From IMG/VR virus record IMGVR_UViG_3300027969_000081: DNA of 64,000 nucleotides; one strand, 5' to 3'. Below are positions 1 to 6,252 of this stretch, piece by piece. The number at the start of each line of letters is the position of its first letter. The first letter of the stretch is position 1. The translations under genes were made by a program, and so were the position numbers. A model generated the notes under the pieces. It was not told the origin of the DNA. It made no database searches and saw nothing but the letters and a program-made list of their open reading frames with translations. Source of the stretch: an uncultured virus (IMG/VR IMGVR_UViG_3300027969_000081) (Duplodnaviria; Heunggongvirae; Uroviricota; Caudoviricetes).

Positions 1-1
1 T

Positions 2-208
2 GCTTTAATTGATATTCTTGTTGTTACCATTGGTGCAATCCATAGTATGGGTGCCGATGCAGAAGGCGCATGGAAAGAAGTCATGAGCACTAACTTTGCT
101 AAGATTGACAAAGAAACTGGCAAGGTCCGTAAACGTGAAGATGGTAAGGTTCTTAAACCTGTGGGTTGGAAATCCCCCGAACTTGCACAGTTTTTAACAA
201 AGAAATAA
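2..208 (+). CDS. MazG-like/phage nucleotide pyrophosphohydrolase, 3' part (5' truncated by window)
   Basis: Read by hand: ALIDILVVTIG...AWKEVMSTNFAK...REDGKVLKPVGW; the DGKVLKPxGW ending is typical of phage NTP-PPases; stop TAA at 206-208. Confidence 0.8.
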   Translation, partial: ALIDILVVTIGAIHSMGADAEGAWKEVMSTNFAKIDKETGKVRKREDGKVLKPVGWKSPELAQFLTKK

Positions 209-213
209 TCATA

Positions 214-891
214 GTGTCTTATTGTTTAAGACCCATGCTAGTAGAGGAATTGCAACAATTGGTCGGGCATTCCTTTATTAGCATGTTTCAGTTAGAGATG
301 GATGCATATCTTCAACCATACAGAAAGAATGTTATTAAAGGCAGGCCTCTTAGTATGGGCAAAGAGTTATGGGAATATGCCGTAGCAGATAGTATCGTCG
401 ATGCAGAATGGTGCGGTGCTGGTAAAGGAATTGCCGATGTTAGTCTTGGCGCAGATATTAAATGCGACGTTAAGAGTGTACAAATTATAAGCAAAACTAC
501 AACCGAAGCAAGTATGTATCAACCATTGGCATTACAAGAAGGTGCTTCAATTGACTTTACCAATAAAAATAAACAAGCATTATGGAATCTATTTGTAGGT
601 GGTTGGTTAAAAAAGGTATCTGAAATCAATGACTATTACATGTTAACTATTTTTCGAGATCATAAGCTCAATTGCTCATTGGCCGGATTTAAGGTAGATA
701 ACAGATCCATAAACTTTTTAGACAGCGACTGTAATTTTACAAAAAAGTCCATGAAAATTTCTTCAATCATTGATCCTGCATTTGCCAACATCAAAGCATA
801 TTTAGGTAAAACCAGATTGGAAATTAGAATCACAGACGCAATTTTTAATAATCCTGCGTATACCATGAACATATACAAATATGAAGCATAA
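214..891 (+). CDS. Putative PD-(D/E)xK nuclease, type II restriction endonuclease-like
   Basis: E-helix (KELWEY) followed by IADV...CDVKS motif spacing; GTG at 214 just after the upstream stop (ATG 235 is an alternative start). Confidence 0.45.
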   Translation: MSYCLRPMLVEELQQLVGHSFISMFQLEMDAYLQPYRKNVIKGRPLSMGKELWEYAVADSIVDAEWCGAGKGIADVSLGADIKCDVKSVQIISKTTTEASMYQPLALQEGASIDFTNKNKQALWNLFVGGWLKKVSEINDYYMLTIFRDHKLNCSLAGFKVDNRSINFLDSDCNFTKKSMKISSIIDPAFANIKAYLGKTRLEIRITDAIFNNPAYTMNIYKYEA

Positions 892-941
892 CGGCAAAAT
901 ATACTGTATACATATACTAACGGAGATGTTATAATACACCT

Positions 942-1964
942 ATGACCCAATCTTTTAAAAAAGCTGTCTGCTTTACAGACATACATTTTGGCCTACGAAA
1001 TAATAGTCGTAGTCACAATGACGATTGTGAAAACTTCATTAAATGGATGACACAAGAAGCCAAGAAGGAAGGTGCTGAAACTTGCATCTTCCTTGGAGAT
1101 TGGCATAATAATCGTGCAAACATTAATGTAAGCACTCTAAACTATACAACATCTAACATCAAATATCTCTCAGAGAACTTTGAAAAGGTGTATATTATTA
1201 TGGGTAATCACGATTTGGCCTATAGAGAAAAGCGAGAAATTAACTCACTTCCTTTTGGTGATTATTTGAATAATGTTGTACTAGTCAATGATGTGTTAAC
1301 TGTTGGCGACATGACTATTGTTCCTTGGCTAGTTGGTGACGAATGGGAGACAATGAAAAAGCTCAAGAGCCGTTATGTGTTTGGACACTTTGAACTGCCT
1401 CACTTTAAAATGAACGCCATGGTAGAGATGCCAGATCATGGAGGTTTAAACGAAGGACATTTTCCTAACCAAGAACTTGTGTTCTCTGGACATTTTCATA
1501 AGCGTCAACAACGAGGTAATGTAGTATACATGGGAAATTGTTTCCCGCACAACTATGCTGATGCATGGGATGACGAACGTGGATGTATGTTTTTAGAGTA
1601 TGGCGGTCAACCTGACTTTAGAATATGGCCGGCTGCACCAAAATTTAAAACTTTGACATTGACTCAGGCAATTGACCGTCATGAAGAACTGTTTGATAGT
1701 CAAACATTTGCTCGTGTTACCATTGACGTTGATATTAGTTACGAAGAGGCAAGCTATATCAAAGAACAATGGGTAACTACCTATAACATGCGCGAGCTTA
1801 GTTTAATTCCTGGTAAAACTGAGGAACATGCAACTGAGTGGGAAGGTGGAGAAATTCTCTTTGAAAGCGTAGATGCTATTGTACTAAATCAGATTCAAGC
1901 AATTGATAGCGATGTCATTGACAAACAAATTTTAACCAGCATATATCAAGGGCTCACACATTGA
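942..1964 (+). CDS. gp47: Recombination endonuclease subunit, T4 gp47/SbcD/Mre11-like
   Basis: Metallophosphoesterase motifs DIHFG, GDWH, GNHD, GHFH; directly upstream of gp46. Confidence 0.93.
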   Translation: MTQSFKKAVCFTDIHFGLRNNSRSHNDDCENFIKWMTQEAKKEGAETCIFLGDWHNNRANINVSTLNYTTSNIKYLSENFEKVYIIMGNHDLAYREKREINSLPFGDYLNNVVLVNDVLTVGDMTIVPWLVGDEWETMKKLKSRYVFGHFELPHFKMNAMVEMPDHGGLNEGHFPNQELVFSGHFHKRQQRGNVVYMGNCFPHNYADAWDDERGCMFLEYGGQPDFRIWPAAPKFKTLTLTQAIDRHEELFDSQTFARVTIDVDISYEEASYIKEQWVTTYNMRELSLIPGKTEEHATEWEGGEILFESVDAIVLNQIQAIDSDVIDKQILTSIYQGLTH

Positions 1965-3739
1965 TCACTTTTAAAAATTTAACAATCAAGAATTTTATGA
2001 GCGTGGGTAATGTTACTCAGGCTCTTCGCATGGATCAACATAGTTTGACTCTGGTGCTTGGTAATAATCTTGATTTGGGTGGCGATGGTGCCCGTAATGG
2101 CGTTGGTAAAACTACCATGGTCAATGCACTAAGCTATGCATTGTTTGGCGGCGCATTGACTAACATTCGTAAAGAAAATCTCATCAATAAGACCAATGGA
2201 AAAAATATGTTGGTCACTGTTGAGTTTGAAAAGAATGGCAACAAGTATATTATTGAACGTGGACGTAAACCAAACTTATTAAGATTTATTGTTGACGACC
2301 ACGAAGTTAACGAAGCAGGCACAGATGAAGGTGCTGGTGAAAATCGTGTTACTCAGGAAGCGATTGATCATGTGGTTGGTATGAGTGCTGACATGTTCAA
2401 GCACATTGTTGCTCTTAACACATATACACAGCCGTTCTTAAGTTTACGTGCAAATGAGCAACGTGACATTATTGAAGAATTGCTCGGTATCACATTATTA
2501 AGTGAAAAAGCTGACATCCTTAAAGAACAAATTAAAAACAGTAAGGAAATGATACGAGATGAGGAGTCACGTGTTAAAGCCTTACAAGAAAGTAATCAAC
2601 GAGTACAGACCAGCATTGATGATCTTGAAAGACGTTCGGGTGTATGGGCTCGAAAAAAGTCTGACGATATTAGAAATTTCAAAGCAGCCATCAACGAACT
2701 AGAAGGCACAGACATTGATGCAGAGCTTGATGCACATCGAGCATTGGTAACATTTAAAGAAAATGAAAGTCGCCTAAAGTTAGCCAATAAAGAACTTGCA
2801 AATCGTCAAAGCAATGTTAAAAAGTTAGAAGATGCACTTGCCGTAGTTTGTAAAAATTTAGAAGATATTAAAGAGCATCGTTGCCCTAGCTGTGGACAAG
2901 GTGTGCATGATGTACAGCACGATCAAATGACTGCATCAGCACAAGAATCAGTTTCTATAACTGAAAAGGCTCTTCGAGATGAACATGAGTTGCTGGCTCA
3001 AGCAATTTATATGGCACAAAGTATTGGCCAACTCGGAAACAGGCCAACTACAAAATATATCAGTGTTGAGGATGCTGCCGCTCATAAAAATAATTTAGAA
3101 AATATCAAGAAACAACTTGAAATCAAGAATCAAGAAGATGATCCTTATCAAGAACAAATTGAAGCAATGCGTAACACTGCCCTTGCTGTGGTCAGCTGGG
3201 ATGAGATTAATCGTGTAAGTAAACTTCTAGAACATCAAGAATTCCTGCTAAAACTGCTAACTAGTAAGGATTCGTTTGTTCGAAAACGTATTATTGAACA
3301 AAATCTGGCATACTTAAATCACAGATTGGGTCAATATTTAGATAGGTTACAATTGCCGCACCAAGTAATTTTTAAAAGCGATTTAGAAGTGGATATTAGT
3401 CAACTTGGGCAAAGCTTTGATTTTGATAATCTGAGCCGCGGCGAAAGAAATAGGTTAATTCTAGCACTAAGCTGGAGTTTCCGAGATGTGTATGAAAGCT
3501 TTACAGAGCCAATGAATCTTATGTTCATTGACGAGCTAGTTGATTCTGGGATGGATAGTGTAGGCATTGAAAACTCAATGTCTGTACTAAAATCCATGGG
3601 AAGAGAGATGAATCGCAATATTTTCCTTATTTCGCATAGGGATGAACTGGCAAGTAGGGTAAATAATGTACTCATGGTAGTCAAACAGAACGGATTTACC
3701 ATGCTGGACACCGATACACAGGTGAATGAAATTACATAA
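1961..3739 (+). CDS. gp46: Recombination ATPase subunit, T4 gp46/SbcC/Rad50-like
   Basis: Walker A NGVGKTT, coiled coil with CPSC zinc hook, LSRGE signature, FIDE Walker B, ISH. Confidence 0.95.
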   Translation: MITFKNLTIKNFMSVGNVTQALRMDQHSLTLVLGNNLDLGGDGARNGVGKTTMVNALSYALFGGALTNIRKENLINKTNGKNMLVTVEFEKNGNKYIIERGRKPNLLRFIVDDHEVNEAGTDEGAGENRVTQEAIDHVVGMSADMFKHIVALNTYTQPFLSLRANEQRDIIEELLGITLLSEKADILKEQIKNSKEMIRDEESRVKALQESNQRVQTSIDDLERRSGVWARKKSDDIRNFKAAINELEGTDIDAELDAHRALVTFKENESRLKLANKELANRQSNVKKLEDALAVVCKNLEDIKEHRCPSCGQGVHDVQHDQMTASAQESVSITEKALRDEHELLAQAIYMAQSIGQLGNRPTTKYISVEDAAAHKNNLENIKKQLEIKNQEDDPYQEQIEAMRNTALAVVSWDEINRVSKLLEHQEFLLKLLTSKDSFVRKRIIEQNLAYLNHRLGQYLDRLQLPHQVIFKSDLEVDISQLGQSFDFDNLSRGERNRLILALSWSFRDVYESFTEPMNLMFIDELVDSGMDSVGIENSMSVLKSMGREMNRNIFLISHRDELASRVNNVLMVVKQNGFTMLDTDTQVNEIT

Positions 3740-3751
3740 AGGAAAATTAAT

Positions 3752-3991
3752 ATGTCTACTCCAACTCATGCCGCACTTGTTGCTCTATTAGATACATACA
3801 AGGCAGAAAGCGAAAAGTTTAACAATGGTGCTGTCAAGGCCGCTGGAAGCCGTGCAAAACGTGCTCTACGCGACATTACAAAAATGGCTAAGGTTCGTAA
3901 GGATGAAATCCACACGATCACTAATCCAGAAGGTTCCGCTCGTCAAGCTGAGAAAAAGGCTGCTCGCGTTGCCGCTAAGATTGCCAAATAA
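3752..3991 (+). CDS. Small basic histone H1-like (Hc1-type) DNA-binding protein
   Basis: EKF..G.KAAGSRAKRAL..I.K..K pattern and Lys/Ala-rich tail; SD AAGGA upstream. Confidence 0.6.
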   Translation: MSTPTHAALVALLDTYKAESEKFNNGAVKAAGSRAKRALRDITKMAKVRKDEIHTITNPEGSARQAEKKAARVAAKIAK

Positions 3992-4006
3992 TCATTAACT
4001 TAGTTA

Positions 4007-4435
4007 ATGACTTGGTCATATCAAGGCACTGAAGTTATGGACTTACCCGACGACACCGTCGGGTTTGTCTACTTAATAACAAACACAGTTGACGGAAGAA
4101 AGTATGTAGGTAAAAAGTTAGCTAAGTTTGCTAAAACCTCCTACAAGGTAGTAAAGCTTAAAAATGGTACCAAGAAGAAGAAAAAGATTCGTAGCAAAAT
4201 TGATTCTGATTGGCGAGAGTATTATGGCTCAAACGATCACTTAAACAAAGATGTAGTAACCTTAGGCAAAGAAAAATTTACACGCGAAATATTACATTAC
4301 TGCAATTCAAAAGCAGTGTGTTCGTATATTGAAGCTCGAGAACAATTTGAAAGAAAAGTTTTAGAGTCAACTGATTATTATAACGGTCAAATTTCGGTTC
4401 GCGTACATGGCTCACATATCATAAACAAACTATAA
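4007..4435 (+). CDS. Stand-alone minimal GIY-YIG nuclease
   Basis: GFVY...YVG motif, YYGS, conserved Glu helix (YIEAREQF), YYN; poly-Lys insert; no C-terminal DNA-binding domain. Confidence 0.85.
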   Translation: MTWSYQGTEVMDLPDDTVGFVYLITNTVDGRKYVGKKLAKFAKTSYKVVKLKNGTKKKKKIRSKIDSDWREYYGSNDHLNKDVVTLGKEKFTREILHYCNSKAVCSYIEAREQFERKVLESTDYYNGQISVRVHGSHIINKL

Positions 4436-4885
4436 CACCGGCTCCTTTAGTTCCCATAGCGTCAATCGCACACTAACACAATACTCCATCTCTACCGATA
4501 GGCTTCGCGCAGGCCGGTTGTAATGCGCCCTAAACCTGGACACACGTATCGCAGGGACGGAAATTGTGCGCGGTAGCACAGACTTATCACCACTATCCTT
4601 AACAGGACGTAAGTCAAACGGTATGAAACTGGCTTGGTGTAAGAATTGCAAGACCAAAATGAGTAGGCTCTGTTGAACTATTACAACCTACAAGAATACA
4701 AGAACAGTTTGGATTGTTGTTGTGTTCTGCGTTATTCAAGTCTAGTGTAAAAAGGTACAGCGTAACCGCCTTTACTGTGCAAACAGTTGCTTAATCCAAA
4801 GTGGCATAGGGGTCTGAGTCAAGAACCAAATGTTTTCCTTAGCCTGTCAAGGCTAAGTGTGACTAGATAATCTAAGTCAAGTAAT
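4436..4885 (+). ncRNA. Candidate large structured non-coding RNA (~450 nt)
   Basis: No credible ORF; about ten stems found by eye, several needing G-U pairs on the + strand, plus an 8-bp long-range match 4708-4715/4793-4800. Confidence 0.6.
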
Positions 4886-5035
4886 CATAATGTTAGTAAA
4901 ATTTAAATCATATATCTGTATAAACAATACAAAATATAAACTGTAAAAATACTAATTAAAAAATGAAATGAATGAGCAATCACGAAGTGATGCGATATTC
5001 AAGGGCGAAGTACTTCGCCCGATTAAGATAATACA
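4886..5035. other. AT-rich tract plus GAA-loop hairpin and 18-bp palindrome; origin-like or bidirectional termination zone
   Basis: A/T-rich 4886-4970; ATCAC-GAA-GTGAT 4979-4991; GGGCGAAGTACTTCGCCC 5003-5020; lies where + and - genes converge. Confidence 0.4.
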
Positions 5036-5257
5036 TTATCTTCTAGCAATACCTTTCTTACCATACATTGTTTCTGTACGTTCTTTAATTGTTTCACTAA
5101 GGACTAATCTTTCTAAATATGTCATGTCCCATATGGTCTCTGGATTAATAGAACCCCATACACTTAGTTCTGACACTTCCCTTATTAAGGCTCTTGAGTC
5201 TGCTTCTATACCCTCGATAAAGCGAGCAATGCTGGCTCTATCAAGACCTAACATCAA
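5036..5257 (-). CDS. Small ORF after the gp26-like gene; probable -1 frameshift extension (tail chaperone 'T'-like)
   Basis: Overlaps the upstream stop, in -1 frame, no clear SD; IWDMTYLER resembles the C-terminal segments of tail chaperones. Confidence 0.6.
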   Translation of the reverse strand: MMLGLDRASIARFIEGIEADSRALIREVSELSVWGSINPETIWDMTYLERLVLSETIKERTETMYGKKGIARR

Positions 5258-6159
5258 GAGCCGATTTCGAAAAAACTTGTTGGATCAAACAACATGTCAC
5301 TGGTGTAGTCTTCACCGCAATAATCACAATGTACCTTAATTGTTTTAATGATACCATATTCGTTAAAACGTTTTACTTCTTGATCTAGTCGTTCATGACT
5401 TGCTCGATCTAAATTCTTAACCCATTCAGCGATATGGCTTGGGTTTGATACTTCTGTACCGTCGGGTAACATAACGCTAATGATACATTCACCCATTGTT
5501 TCCTGACTCAATGATACTAAATCATTGTAACCCTTGTTGGCAATTGCAGCCTTTTGATCAATTGTCATTCTTTCGTCTACTTCAGCCGCCTGTAATTGAC
5601 GCATGGTAGTAAATTGCACACGTAACAATTTACTTTGTGCTTCCAGTGTGTATGGTTTTAAATTCACTTTGATACCAGAACCTAATGTAACAATGCCAAC
5701 GTCATCGGGTACATTACGTAGTGTACCTAACACACTACCAAGTCCAACAACCACATGTTGACTTTTATTTTGATCTTTACTTTTACTTTGATTACATCCG
5801 TGATGAATGTTCAAGCTCATATCGTCACCATAGCTGGTCATACGCATTGCAACTAAAATTGCATCAACATCAGTTGTTGGAATTTCATTTACGTTTGCAA
5901 TGTCTGGACATACAGAAGTTATAACATGCTTCAATGCTTCGCCGTTGAGCAACGAATCTGGATTTTTTAAAATCAGCTCATCTTTAGCAGTCATTGGATA
6001 AACAGCCAATTCTCCGTTGTCGGAAAGCTTTGGCGGCGTTTTATAAAATCTCCCCTGGCTTGGAAGTTCAATATAGGTACCTGGTCGACGGTAATATTGT
6101 GACAACGGATTTGCCGAAGCTGACTTTATTGGTCTATTAAGTGGGTTGGAGTTATCCAT
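5254..6159 (-). CDS. Baseplate hub subunit/tail assembly chaperone, T4 gp26-like
   Basis: RRP.TYIELPS, MTAKDELILK, DVDAILVAMR..SYG, CDYC, ends SFF; ATG 6159 preceded by AAGGA. Confidence 0.75.
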   Translation of the reverse strand: MDNSNPLNRPIKSASANPLSQYYRRPGTYIELPSQGRFYKTPPKLSDNGELAVYPMTAKDELILKNPDSLLNGEALKHVITSVCPDIANVNEIPTTDVDAILVAMRMTSYGDDMSLNIHHGCNQSKSKDQNKSQHVVVGLGSVLGTLRNVPDDVGIVTLGSGIKVNLKPYTLEAQSKLLRVQFTTMRQLQAAEVDERMTIDQKAAIANKGYNDLVSLSQETMGECIISVMLPDGTEVSNPSHIAEWVKNLDRASHERLDQEVKRFNEYGIIKTIKVHCDYCGEDYTSDMLFDPTSFFEIGS

Positions 6160-6177
6160 GTAGTTAATCCTTGTTGG

Positions 6178-6217
6178 TAAATAGGCTATAGGTGCCAATT
6201 TATATTAAATGTATTTA
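6178..6217. promoter_or_regulatory. Face-to-face late-type promoters (+ TAAATA 6178-6183; - TAAATA 6212-6217)
   Basis: One motif on each strand between the divergent gp26-like and tape measure genes. Confidence 0.55.
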
Positions 6218-6252
6218 TGTGGTGTTTTAACCAATATTAGGACCAAATCTGA

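Noticed and set aside
4436..4885. Group I/II intron, RNase P, tmRNA or tRNA identity for the structured tract
   Set aside because: No interrupted gene flanks it. GACTTA/TAAGTC is P7-like but lacks a recognisable J8/7 and P3-P6 context. No domain V, RNase P GGAAAGUC/AACCCGGCUUA, tmRNA ends or cloverleaf were seen. A covariance search is still needed.
4430..5339. ORFs 4430-4657(-) and 4968-5339(+)
   Set aside because: No SD, atypical composition, and they lie antisense to the structured tract or to better-supported genes
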